Below are positions 26,101-38,276 of a DNA stretch of 64,000 nucleotides, in pieces (position 1 is the first letter of the stretch; each line of letters starts with the position of its first letter). The notes beneath the pieces were generated by a model. It searched no databases. It was not told the origin of the DNA and saw only the letters and a program-made list of their open reading frames with translations. The translations under genes were made by a program, and so were the position numbers. Source of the DNA: Balanoglossus misakiensis (lineage: Eukaryota; Animalia; Hemichordata); contig CM082584.2 of NCBI GenBank assembly GCA_040954595.2, positions 11,684,552 through 11,748,551 on the forward strand, read 5' to 3'.

Positions 26101-29077
26101 AAAACCATCCCAAAGTACAAATCCATGTTTTCTTCGCTGCGATGACAAAGTCGATCACACCGTGAAAGGCTTTGGAAGTCGATTAAGAATTCCGGCAAAG
26201 TAGTGGCACTAAAACCCCGGGATTGTTTAAAATGCAGACATGGAAGTGGCAGCAATCCCACTGAGTCAAATAAAATGTCGCGAAGTGTCTCCAGAAATAA
26301 AACAGATAGATGAGTTGGACTCGGTCGCCTGGATATAGTACCCCCCACCCCCATGACCCGACTTGCAAATATCGCTCTTCTGAGAAACGGCAGGCGAACA
26401 TCGAACGGACAGACCCAATAAAGTGTAAGAAGCTACTGCAGTGTAAACATGATGCACACGGCATAAAGCGTGATAATTTTCCAATCAAACTGATTCAGGG
26501 CTAGCAATCAAATTCCCTTGAATGGGCGTCCGTCGCTTCACACCTTTCAATGAGAAATTATAACAATTTGCCGGGCGAAATTGGCAGTTATTTTAGTAAT
26601 GTAATCTGTTAATGTGCGGCGTTCAATATTCAAAAGGAATAAATGAAACCTGGCCAACGTGGCATTGACAACACAAGAAGTCGGTTTGAGAGAAGTAAAT
26701 AAGCTCTTCAATCTAGCGCCGATTGGTTTTGAAGAAAAACACCGAGCCGTCGGGATGGAGACATGGAATCGTTTGAGAACAGGGAACCTTTTCTTGCAGA
26801 TGCAAGCGATGACTGTCGAGTGTGCCGGTGGATGACAAAGCCACAATTATTATTTATTGCTTATATATAGGAAAGCGAGGACGTCACGGCAACGGTGGCT
26901 AGTTTGACTGAGCACGGAGAGCGCGGCCAAAAAAACCTCTAAGAAACGCATTCGTGTGCATTGTTATCCGGCTGGCTGGTGAATAGCTCAGTAATATAGG
27001 GGTGAAATCAAGGATGAATGGGCGAATCAATAATGAAATCAGCCAACCACTGTGGCAGTGTAATGCAATTCAGTCTACTGTTTTCCCAGTTACACTCGAG
27101 ACTGCCTGCACACACACACACAAACACAAATACACACTACATACAACTTACAAGTCACAACATTTTATGAAATTACTCCCCAAGAAAGAACCCACGCATA
27201 TCCCAGTCCCATCAACGTGCCGCAAATCGCACAAAAATTAATTGAGGTGCCTGATTATTCATGATATTCCCCCGCATTTTGCAGGACGCCACTTCCACGA
27301 TATTTTTTACGACCAATGAAAAATGCAAAATGATCAATTTTTAAAAAACATTTCTGAAACAGATTAATCACCCTGCTGCTTAAACTTTAATGAAACTTAA
27401 TTACACGATTTTAGCAAAAGTCACGAATCACTTCGAGCAAGCCGTGTACCACGATACAAAATACACACCTGGGTGATACACTCACAACTTATGAAATATG
27501 TAAAATTTTATGAGACAGTTCTCTTTCTTTAATCAAGTAAATTTGATATTGTTTGACAGCGAACACAGGAAAGGGCCTTGTGAGATTCCTTAACTGGACA
27601 AAAGCCTGCGGAAGCACTTATCAATTTATGGACCAGTGATCTACTGGGTCCTGCCAGTACGCGTGACCGGCATATTTTTGCAGCTTAATATTATATCAGA
27701 CATCAAATTACTAAGTTAGCCGTGACACACTTGGTATTGGATTTCTGCAGCTATACACAGCGTTTGCTTGGAGATCGATTTCCTTGAAAGCATTCACAGC
27801 AATTAGGATCCCCACTGTTGGCAATCAGATTATCGGTGCTGTCAAGCGGAACTGATAGAGGTTCAAATTTGCCTAACTTTTCTCTACTGCAGTATGCAGC
27901 CTATCCGACGTTATCAGTATAGCTGTCTGACTGGCCTAACTTCACTTGCTGTTAATTTTCACCTGTCGAAAAACTCACACAGTATTCAGCCTATATACAT
28001 ATACACAACATTGTATACAAACCAAAGTAACAAGCTGAATTCTTGCCATTTAAATATATTTTAGCAAAAAGAACAAGAAATTGTAACTGTTTGACAGACC
28101 AAAGTAGTGAAATTATCATCAAAAGTGATAAATTACCACTGTAAAAATATTTTTGGCATTGATATACGAAAAACTAAGCATGTCTACATCAGTATAGTCA
28201 ACATAGGTTCCCCGACTCTGCCGAACTGTACAGCTGTCAATCATTGGGCCCACCCAGCATCCTCATTAAAGTGCAACCAATCAGCTGTGAGCACTGGAAT
28301 GCTTGGCGGCAATTAATCAGCGGTGGTGTAGTTATCAGACGATGATCTCTTGTATCACAGCGGTGGTCTAAATATACCAAACATTAATCAGAATTATATT
28401 ATGTTAACCTGATCTATGTCGGGGCAATGACTTGGAACGGCTGAAAACATTTCTTCTCTTTTTTTTTTTTTATTCTGGCTGTAATCAGTGTCTGCTGTAG
28501 AATTCCATCGATGATGAGAAACAAAAGATTTCTATCGTAAAGTGATTTTAACTTGATTCTGAGTTTTTGGATTATCTGCTGTTCAGAGTGCAGAAAAGGA
28601 TTTTTCTTTTCAATTAGGAGGTATTGACGGCTTCCAGTCTTTAAAACAAAAAGAATTCGCGCAAGAGCTGGCTGTCGAGTGGTGTCTGCAGGCGAATTCC
28701 ATATAGAATGCGCATTGTTCCTGCGGGCGACGGTGGCGAGATATTTTTTGAGTGAGAAATTGCCCCCAAGGCGTCACTCTCTGTTGTGAATTAGTTACCG
28801 AAGAACACAGTGCTTGGGGTAATTTGACAGCTCCTGCTTGTAATTTTGATGCCAGAATTTGATTATTGGGCATACCGTCTGGTGGAAATTTGACGTGTGT
28901 AAGAAGCCAGGGCAATGAACTACCCTTTCCAACCAATAGAGGGCGGCATGCATCTGATCTCAGATGGTGTACGCGCACGGTGTCCCATGTCAGCACAGCA
29001 GAGACACCTTTTGTATGTAAGCGAATCAGACAGACGATGGTATGATACGGAAGAAAAGCAGTTTCATTATACAAGCT

Positions 29078-29083
29078 TTTATT
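29078..29083 (-). terminator. Probable polyadenylation signal of CAAP1 (AATAAA on minus strand)
   Basis: TTTATT on plus strand about 325 nt past the CAAP1 stop codon. Confidence 0.5.
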
Positions 29084-29406
29084 CAACAAACAAAAACTGT
29101 ATAGTCACAATTAGAGCCAACTTAAATAGTGACCACTTTGGTCAAAAACTTTTATCACAATTACTCCTGACATGCTGCATCAACAGTCTTTGTAAAAACG
29201 TAAAAATATAAATTTGTCATTAAAGAAAAAGTCTGTTTTAAAGTCAAGAGAGGTCTTTCTGAGACCATATTCTGCTCACACAAAAATCCAAGCAACGTTT
29301 GAAGCAAAAGAAATACTGAACAGAAATAATCCAAACCAAAAATACAGTATGAGTAAGTTCAAAAGAGTACAATTTTAGAAACTAAAGTTTCTTTTCACTC
29401 TTATTG

Positions 29407-31905
29407 TTATTGCAGTTTTGCCTGACTTTCTTTAAGAGTGACTTCGCGTCTCTCATTTGCTTTCATCAAGGAGCGTATCGCTCGCGCTCTCATTTCAAGT
29501 TCGAGCAATTCAAGCCGAGTCTGTACGCGCTGTTCTGGCGCTTTAGGCTGCGCTTCCTCATGCTCTGCAATGCTACCGCTTTCCTGTGCCATTTCCTGAT
29601 CACCACGGTCACCGTCGCCATGACTATTAACGTCTCCTTGGCTACAGTCTTTTTCACAAACACCTTTTTGGTCACTGTCATCGTGAACACTGCTGCATTC
29701 TGGATCACTGCCGTTGCCCTCTTGAGGGCCACTTATGCTGCCATGGTTACTGTTGTCCTGGTTACCGGCATCCAGGTTCTGATCACACTTCTCAGTGACG
29801 TCATTAAAGAGGCTGTCGCTCTCATCATCCCGCACTGGCGACAATGTGAAGACAGCCTCCTCCTCCATCTCATCAGCCGCTTCCTGCTGGTCAGTTGTGG
29901 AGTCCACCACGTCACTGTCACCATGGACACTGTTGCTATAGCACTCAACGCTATCTGCCACATCCCTGTTGTTGCCAACAGATACATCAGGGGAGGATTT
30001 TTCCCCAACATCATCATTCATATCATCATCACCATCATCATCCTCATTTTTGCAAATTTCCTCTACATTACCTTCTGTACCGGGCTGTTCGTCTAAACTC
30101 TTCTTACCACAAGAGGGTGTCTCTGTCTCTCCTTTCTCACTTGCTTTGTCACCTGCTTCTTCATCACTGGGGGAGTCTTCTGTCCCAGATGATGATATCA
30201 TTGCTTGCCCTACACAACAGACAAACAAGGGAAAATTCTTTTAACGGTCCACTATATGTAACTTTTTAGCATTTATAAGACTGTGTGTCAACTCCATGTA
30301 TTACGTTATTGTAACTAAACAAAGGCAACTTTACTGAACAGCCAATTGGGGGCACTTGTCATCACTGATACAGTGCAGTTTAACGTCTACCTATCCTATC
30401 TGAACAAAACGGTATTAACTATGGACTTACCGGCAAGAACTGCACGAATTCTTTTCTTGGACATGACCTCTAACTGATCCAAACACAAGGATTTAATTTC
30501 TTCAAGTGGGCAATTCTATTTTAAAGAAATAAACAACAACAACACAATGAATCAGTAAAGAAAAAGCAATCATAGTCTGATAAACTAATGTCATGACATT
30601 ATATGCTGGTCTGCACCGTTGGCGTATCTTTGATCCTGAATATATTCTTTGTCTGAATACTCTTTGTCTTGAAGTAGTCGGCTGAAGGAGCCACTTGAAG
30701 TCATCTTTACACCTGGATGGTGAGAGACTACTTATGGCCAGACAAAGAACCATTGCACTTCTTGAAGGCTCAAAGCAATTTCACTGCAGTTTTCTTTCTT
30801 TTGTGTACATGATATTGATATCATTTCATGTGCATGTATGATCCTAAAATGGCCTGTCTACACTGTCTGTGAATGTTTTCTTACAATTTATTTTTTCCAT
30901 CCAAATGAAACAAAAGGTTCTGTGCAATTTCTGTTATGAAAAAGAGCCTGAAACTCAAGCAAGTAATTTCAATTTTTTCCTGCCTGGAAACACTGCATTG
31001 ACTAGTAACCATGACAGCAATTTATGCAAGTCGCACATATCACTAGTCACCACTGCATATGTCCCAATTGCCACAGGCAGTATTCGATGACAAACATCAG
31101 CGATGCAAGAAAACCGACCAATTTCCCTGAAAGGATTTAAACCCCTTCATCTTCTAAAGAGGGGGGTGGTCGGCTGACAACCTGAAGGACTTTTCAGATC
31201 CTTTTGATCTTTCGCGCCTCGTACAGAGAGAGAGACTGCAACACTGACGCATGCAATGGACACGACAAGACAGATGGTGCCACTGACACAGGAAATGAAA
31301 TTGACCAGTCAATTGGAAAAAACCAGATGAAAGAAATACGCAGTGCCGACAAAAGCAAATGAGGCAAAACAGTCATTTTAACACAATTGTGTTTTGTGCG
31401 ATATTCTGCAAGAACTGTACAATCTAGTTTGATGTATGCATTTATAACAGAAAAAAGAGTCAGCAAACTTACTTTGAGAACATCAGGAAGCATACTGTTC
31501 AGCTTGTCTCCTCTGAGAGTCTTAAATATGTGTTCTAACATTTCCTCTCTGTTCTTGATGTATGAGCCTATAGGTTTCAGTTCTTTGTCAAGATCCAGAT
31601 CAGAATCATATCCATCGTCACGGTTTCCTTTGCTTTTGGCTTCAGCTTCATTTGCACTGCTTCTCTTGTCCTAAATTTGAGCGGGAAAATGAGAAGAAGA
31701 AAAAGAAGAAAATTGGATTATAAATTGACAGAAAAATGGGATAATCAGCCAATAACCATTGTTCATAGATTTAAACAAAATCCAATACCTTTTTGTGAGT
31801 TAATCTTTTCTTTTTCTTCGCAGATTTCTCCTTCTTCTTACTGGCTTTCCTTTTTGTCGCCCTCTTTTCCTCTGTTTTCTCTGACTGAGTGGAATCTGGC
31901 ATCAT
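29407..31905 (-). CDS. CAAP1: Caspase activity and apoptosis inhibitor 1 (CAAP1/C9orf82 orthologue), 4 coding exons, ~400 aa
   Basis: Minus-strand exons: 31905-31789 (MMPDSTQSEK...KKKRLTHKK, Lys-rich; acceptor at 31942), 31670-31473 (...DLDKELKPIGSYIKNREEMLEHIFKTLRGDKLNSMLPDVLK), 30515-30431 (NCPLEEIKSLCLDQLEVMSKKRIRAVLA) and 30209-29407 (long acidic region, then RLELLELEMRARAIRSLMKA...stop). All introns are GT-AG with compatible phases (0,0,1). The MLPDVLK-NCxxEEIK-LC-xQLE and LELLELEMRARAI motifs match vertebrate CAAP1 as I recall it. Confidence 0.93.
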
Positions 31906-32465
31906 TTTGGCAACTTTTCCAAGTCTTGGTAATCTCTGTTCTCTATTAAAACAGAATAGTGTTATCAGTCAATGACATACAATTATAACTGAAGCCTGTT
32001 AGCTGTAAATGTTTATCTATGTTGCATTTTATTAGTACATACATGTAGTTTCTCAAATATGTTATAAATATATATCTTAGATTTCAGCAAATAACTAAAA
32101 AATAAGTAATTTACAAGGCATATGTAGCTGCACAGTCACTCCACCACGGTAGTTGCTACCAGTGGGTAGCTTATGTGCTTAAAACCTCCAATATAATATA
32201 TATTTAATTTAATTTATAATAATTTATTTCCTGTCCTGCTATTTCACATACAATGAAATGTAACATGTTTTATGAGATAAAAACAGCAAATACACTGAAT
32301 AAATATTGGAAATAAAAGGAAATAAACATTAAGCATAAAAAAGAATGAATTCTAAAAAAAGGGCACCTATTTATTTTAACACCCAGGTTTTGGGCTGTAA
32401 GGCTATATGTGTCAAAGTGCACAAGTCTTAGATTTTGCCTTCAGATGACATCTGTCCTTACAAAT

Positions 32466-32550
32466 TCCCTTGTGGAGTAGTGGTCAGAGAGGAGACCTTT
32501 GGAGGTAAAGGTCCCAGGTTCAAATCCTGGTCCAGGTCTTGACTTTTTTT
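32466..32550 (+). mobile_element. tRNA-derived element (SINE head or tRNA pseudogene) in the presumed CAAP1 first intron
   Basis: A-box-like TGGAGTAGTGG, B-box GGTTCAAATCC, perfect T-stem CCAGG/CCTGG, followed by a T7 run. Acceptor and anticodon stems do not pair canonically. Confidence 0.6.
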
Positions 32551-33305
32551 CATTCCTTTTTGAAGGCCCATTTTTTTTGGCAAGTCTATGGCAGTTTGAA
32601 TTCACAGAAAAATGATGACCAGACGATGAGATGTAGAGTGGTTTAATGTCCAAAAGCAGTCAGACATCAGGCACACATTTTTGCAGTCCTTTTTTATTTT
32701 TGGTAAGCCAGATAGAGCTATTCAGGGCCTTAAAAGTGTATAATAGATGTCCTTTTGGTTATATTTTGGACCTTCATGGTTATATCAATGTGTACATTGT
32801 ATATTATAATATACCATGTATGTACATGTACACTAATAACTACTCAATTGAGATGCAAAAAGCAGTGTTTTCCATTTCATTAAAAATCAAAACCAAGCAG
32901 TCGAAGTTACAATCTTTTAATAAACAGTATCCGGATCCTATCCTCAGTCAAAGGCAGCTACTTGCATTTGCTGCCTAGGGCATTTCCATTCCAAGGGGGC
33001 TAATGTCATACAGCCCGGCATACTGTGATCAAGGATGGAGGTAGGAAGAGTTTGAGGAAACGAGCTTTGCGCAATTATACCTATGTATCCAGCCAACAAA
33101 TCAATCGCATTATAAGCATTCTTCCCCATTGCTTTTACGTGTACACCCATGGAGATACCCCATGGTACAAGCACAGGCTAAGTACACGTGAATGAATGAA
33201 TTACCCTCTCACACTGTGTACCCCTTCTTTGACATTGACGCAGATTTCAGTCAAACGAAAATCAGATCACAGGTTTAAGGGGTCCGCTCCTTCAATGGAA
33301 CTTAC

Positions 33306-33665
33306 TAAATGCAATCTGATACACTAAATGTCATCTGTATTCCTGACAGCACACAAAACGTTCATTTCGTTCCGCCAAGTCAACAGCTCCGATCATTCAT
33401 GTGTTCCGCCATTTTGGAGTTGAATTTGTTTACATGCTAGGTGGCGCACTCTCACTTTAAAAGTTCATTCAAAGTTTTCGAAGTATGCGCATACAATAAA
33501 GAAGATTAAGTAATCTTTCAGTACCGTTTCTAATTTCTATCTAAAGAAATAACACGGGGAAACAAAAAAGGATTTGCTCAATACAGCATCATAAAAAGGA
33601 AAACATTGCAAGGTTATAGTCGAGGAACGACATACAAACAAACTAATCCATTCCCGATAACCAAC
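33306..33665. promoter_or_regulatory. Divergent (bidirectional) promoter region shared by CAAP1 and PRKCSH, including a probable non-coding first exon of CAAP1
   Basis: The genes are head-to-head. YY1-type CCGCCATTTT at ~33406-33415 (AAAATGGCGG on minus). CTCF-like TGCTAGGTGGCGCA at ~33435-33448. Minus-strand donor GTAAGT at 33305-33300. PRKCSH ATG in CAACATGG context at 33666. Confidence 0.6.
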
Positions 33666-36600
33666 ATGGCGATAACTGGAGTTTCTATTGTACAAATATC
33701 TCGGTTTTTCCGTGTCCAGGTCTTGTTCAGTATCTGTTTAGTTCTTATAGGTACCGTATTAAGCCAGCAAGTACAAAGACCAAGGGGCGTATCTTTATCA
33801 CGTAAGTAGCCACCATGTTCACGACTGCATTCAAGACCTTGGCGTGTGCTAATTTTGCTGTCTGCATATCAGTCACTGTGCACACGTGGATTGTTCCGGT
33901 TGACGGAGGCACTGGGCCTCTGCCGTGGACGAATAGGGAATGGGCACGACGTTTATACTCTGTAAATCGACCGTCTGCTTATTCAGTTGTGGGGTTTGAT
34001 GCAATGTATGTGCTATATCAGTAATGATTTCAGTCCCATAGCCCACCTGTGCACAGCAAATGAATACATTGTGATTATATACAGTGTAGCTAACGAGGTA
34101 CCGTTATATTTAAATGGTGGTGTCAATGCATTGTAAGGGTTCTTTGTTTATTATAACCGGTTAGATCTCCGGTAAAGCAGTACAAAGTAAAGTGGTACAA
34201 CAGATAACACGTACACCCAAAGTTCCAGTGGTAAACCTAACTTCTAATAGACCCATTGCCATGGCAACATGGGACCCATTATTGCAGTACAAATGAAGTA
34301 TACATGTACCACCACAGTCCAGGGACTGCGAGTGTGATGCTACTGTTTCAATAGAAAGCCATCCCTCCCCTGGTGCTGCAAATGTAATGTGCTCCGCACG
34401 GTTCGTTTGACTACCAATTGAATGCCTGTATTATTACAGATAAATCATTTCATACATCATGACTTCTTGATAAACAGTGCAGGTCTCATATTTCATAGCG
34501 TGGTCATTGTGCTCTCTTATCAAAAGCAGTTCTGCAGAAGTGCAGTACCCATCCATCATCTCAGATGAAATGACTGACGGATATGCACTGTGTGACATGG
34601 TAAAACCAGAGAGTTGTAGGTCCTGCCATTGGCAGACAAAATTTAACATCTAATGTTTGCTTTGAAATAACAAAAACTACTCATCTTCATGTCCTCCACA
34701 GATAAAGCATTTTATGACAACAAGGAAACTTTCACATGTCTGGATGGTTCATTGAAGATTCCATTCTCACGAGTCAATGATGATTTCTGTGATTGCAAAG
34801 ATGGGACAGATGAGCCAGGTCTGTACAACCGCATACACAGCTCCAAACTCTTGTTAAATGTTGAACATATTATTAATCCTTCAGGAATTCCCAGGTGCAT
34901 TAACTTCAGATTTACCACAGTGATAAAAAACTACTTGTGGCAAGTTATTCATCAGTAAAAACCATATTTTTTTATTTGCATTTGTTTATGTTGATAGGTA
35001 CATCAGCATGTCCGAGCGGTAGATTCCATTGCACAAATGCTGGTCATAAGCCGATGTATATACCATCATCCAGAGTAAATGATGGTATTTGCGGTATGTA
35101 TCATCATGTGTCTGTGTGCCACACTTATCACAACCTTTCTCAATAGACCCTTTTCATAAGTCTACCGCCCTCACACAGCCATTATGAATTTAAACTCATC
35201 TACTTGTACTTTACTCCACAGATTGCTGTGATACAAGTGACGAATATGATGGTAAAGTTACCTGTGAAAACAATTGCCGAGAATTGGGAAAAGAAGAGAG
35301 GGAGAGACGACAGCGGGAAATTGAAAGTTTCAACGAGGGATTTGTCATCCGCCAGGAATATGTACGGGAGGGCAAAGAGAAACTAGAGGAAAACAAGGTA
35401 TTCAACAGTCTGAATAAATAACTCGGAAAGATGAGAGTTTCAGTATCTTCATTAGAGTCTGGTCAAGACCTGCAGGTGTCAAAAATCAGAATTCTTACCA
35501 ATTCATGCTCTTGTGTTTTGCAATTCCATCAGAAACAATTGGCTGAACTCCGAGAAGAGAAGACTACAGTGGAAACCCAAAGGGATGAAAAAAGAGGTAA
35601 CAAACTATTGAAGTCTCTTGACTGCCCACAATAGACATGTTTGATTGTATTGTCTGTTGAAGATAATCAAAACTTTATTGATGTGCATTTGAAAAATTTC
35701 AGCTGCCAAGGAATCGGCTGAAGGTCCTGAGAAAGAAGCCAAAGACAGACACAAAGAAGCTTGGGATAAAATCAAGGAAGAAGCCAGACAAGTCAAAGAG
35801 AGAGAAGGGGCAATGTTGTCGTTCAATGAATTGGATGCTAACAATGATAATGTGTAAGTTTGATCTGAGTTTCCTTTTATGGCATTCATTCACTTCAAGA
35901 TTCCTGAATCCACAATACCGATTATGATATGTGAGATATGAAAGACATTCAAAATTGTTTTCTCTCATCAGAGTGTCTGCAGATGAAATTCAGACTCACT
36001 TAGAATTTGACACAGACAACAACGGTGAAGTCAGTTATGAAGAAGCTCTTGTAAGTAAACCACATACAATGTCAGGATATAATGGCTGAACAAGTTTTGC
36101 TCTGTGTGTGGCTAGGGGATTATGTGACAGCTGACACCCCCAAAGAAGACAAGATTTCCCTCACTAAAAATCATCCTATTTCCCATCACATGCAGGAGGT
36201 TCTTATCGATGATGATGTGAGCTTTGATTTGTTTGCCAAGGAAGTATGGCCGCTCATGAAAGACAAATACAAGCCACTTCGACAGGTGAGTTGTTGAGTC
36301 CATAATTTAGCATTAGTGGGGGTATTTGTGCATGAGTAGTTAGTTAGTACTGCGCACTAGAGTTTATTCAGTTTGCTGAAGATACTACCCAGGATTTAGG
36401 AGCCATGAGACATGCGCGTATTCATAGATTAAACGTTACAAACTCCTTTTGTTGATTTACTGTAGGTAGAGGAGCCCCCAACGCCGACTGAAATTGATGT
36501 GGAAGACGTGGAAGCTGGTGATGTGAATTACGAAGATTACGAGGATTACCAAGAAGGTGATGAGGAGCCATACGACGATGATGACGATGACGACGACGAT

Positions 36601-37796
36601 GATGATGAACTTCCACCGAAACCTGAAAAAGATGAAGACAAGATGCCGGGTTATGATGACAGTGTGCAAACTCTCATTGATGGTAAGAGGAAAGAAAATT
36701 GCCTTGCTTAAATGAAAGAGCTCTTGTACTTCCCAGAAGTCCTGGAACTTTGAGTGACGTTGATCATCTGATGATTGTTGAATTATGTGATGGTATTTTC
36801 TTCTCTTCACAGCTGCCAACAAAGCGAGAGAGGAATTCTTTGAAGTGGATGACAAATACAAAAAAATTAACGACAAGATCAACGAACTGGAGAAAGTCAT
36901 GGGATATGATCTGGGAGTTGATGGTGAATTCTACTCAATACAGGGAGAGTGTTTTGAACATCAAGATAAAGAGTGAGTAAAAAGGATTTCTTTCAGTGGC
37001 TTTGATGACTTTTGGTTGTTTTGTTCTGATGGAAGCAACAGTGTATGATGCCAAGCTCAATAAACTTCAAGAGAACTTTATACAGTTTCTTTTCATAAAG
37101 GGGTAATGATTTCTAAAGGATGATTTCCATTAACTCTTTTGACTTTTCCCCTACAGATACACATACAAATTCTGCCCATTTGAAAAGGTTTCTCAGAAAC
37201 CCAAAGTTGGACGAGAGACGTCATTGGGGTAAGTAACATGCAGACATGTCAGTGTTTTCTCATGGATCTTACTGGAGTGTCTTTTCCTGCATAAACAACA
37301 TCTGACTGTGATTTTGCAATATCTATACAAAATTTACATATGGCAGTACACGTTCAATTCATGCATCTGATGACATATCCAACTCTGCAATCTGTTGACA
37401 GCAACTGGAAAGGTTGGGATGGACCTGACGGCAGAAAATATGCCCGGATGAATTACAGTGGTGGCGAAAAATGTTGGAATGGTCCAGACAGGTCAACAGA
37501 GGTCAGTATCTGTGGCTTTGTACTGTTCAGTGAATCTGTCAACCATTACAGAATGGGAGAATTCAGATAATCCTGACACCATTAGTTATGGCAAGTCAAG
37601 TTAGATTTACTGGTTTAATGAATGTTTTTTTATTATATATTCACAGGTTTTTCTTTCGTGTGGTTTAGAAAACAAGGTTACCAAAGTATCAGAACCAAAC
37701 CGCTGTGAATATAAGTTAGAGTTTATCACACCAGCTATGTGCAATAAAATTATTGATGTCAGCGCAGAAAACACAGATACACATGATGAGCTATAA
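33666..37796 (+). CDS. PRKCSH: Glucosidase 2 subunit beta (PRKCSH / 80K-H), 13 exons, 535 aa
   Basis: Exons 33666-33801, 34702-34818, 34998-35093, 35222-35397, 35533-35596, 35703-35853, 35972-36050, 36196-36285, 36466-36682, 36813-36972, 37157-37228, 37402-37501, 37647-37796 (1608 nt, all GT-AG, phases consistent). Signal peptide then RPRGV; G2B/LDLa-like FTCLDGS...[20 protein letters not shown]...[18 protein letters not shown]; EF-hand-like ELDANNDN and [15 protein letters not shown]; acidic poly-Asp tract; MRH domain (YKFCPF...[12 protein letters not shown]...SEPNRCEY); C-terminal HDEL ER-retention signal. Confidence 0.98.
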
Positions 37797-38270
37797 CACT
37801 GGCCATATCTTGAAACCCCCCTCCCTTCCAACAAGCATTTAGATTGGCTGAAATGTTTGCATATGTCTCCATCATTCTTTTAATTGTTGCCTTAATTGGT
37901 TTGTTGTCTTCATACATATTCACTTTTCATTTACTTTTTAGTTGTTTCTTACAAGGAAACCTTAAAAGTTAGCAGTATTACATGTATTTGCTATCTTGGT
38001 GTGATGCTGTTTCGTAGAATCTACGAACACAGTCTGATTGATCAACCATATTCAAAGTTGCTCGTGAGCAAATATTTATGCTAAGGAGCAACTCCAAATA
38101 CAAAATCGATCTGGCCGATACAAGCATCTTCACTGTCACTTTTTCTTCCAGTGGTCTAGAATCTCTCTTTGTCTCCCAACTTCAAGACCAATTGTTCTTT
38201 TGTAAGAAATTTTGTAAACTCTCCAGTCAGCCGTCTTTTTGACCATGTGAAACACGAACTGTTTACAGGC

Positions 38271-38276
38271 AATAAA
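38271..38276 (+). terminator. Probable polyadenylation signal of PRKCSH (AATAAA)
   Basis: AATAAA about 475 nt after the stop codon, followed by a GT-rich GTTGTTTGTTGTTG element. Confidence 0.55.

Noticed and set aside
25524-26354. 276-aa minus-strand ORF
   Set aside because: Non-ATG start, S/L/P/C/F-rich composition typical of random open frames, no recognisable domain and no convincing splice boundaries.
29404-30269. Plus-strand ORFs (230 aa hydrophobic; His-rich 124 aa)
   Set aside because: Antisense shadows of the acidic last exon of CAAP1.
36082-36195. In-frame upstream extension of PRKCSH exon 8
   Set aside because: The upstream TAG at 36115 would shift the frame (80 nt), so this is treated as a chance open frame in a 145-nt intron.
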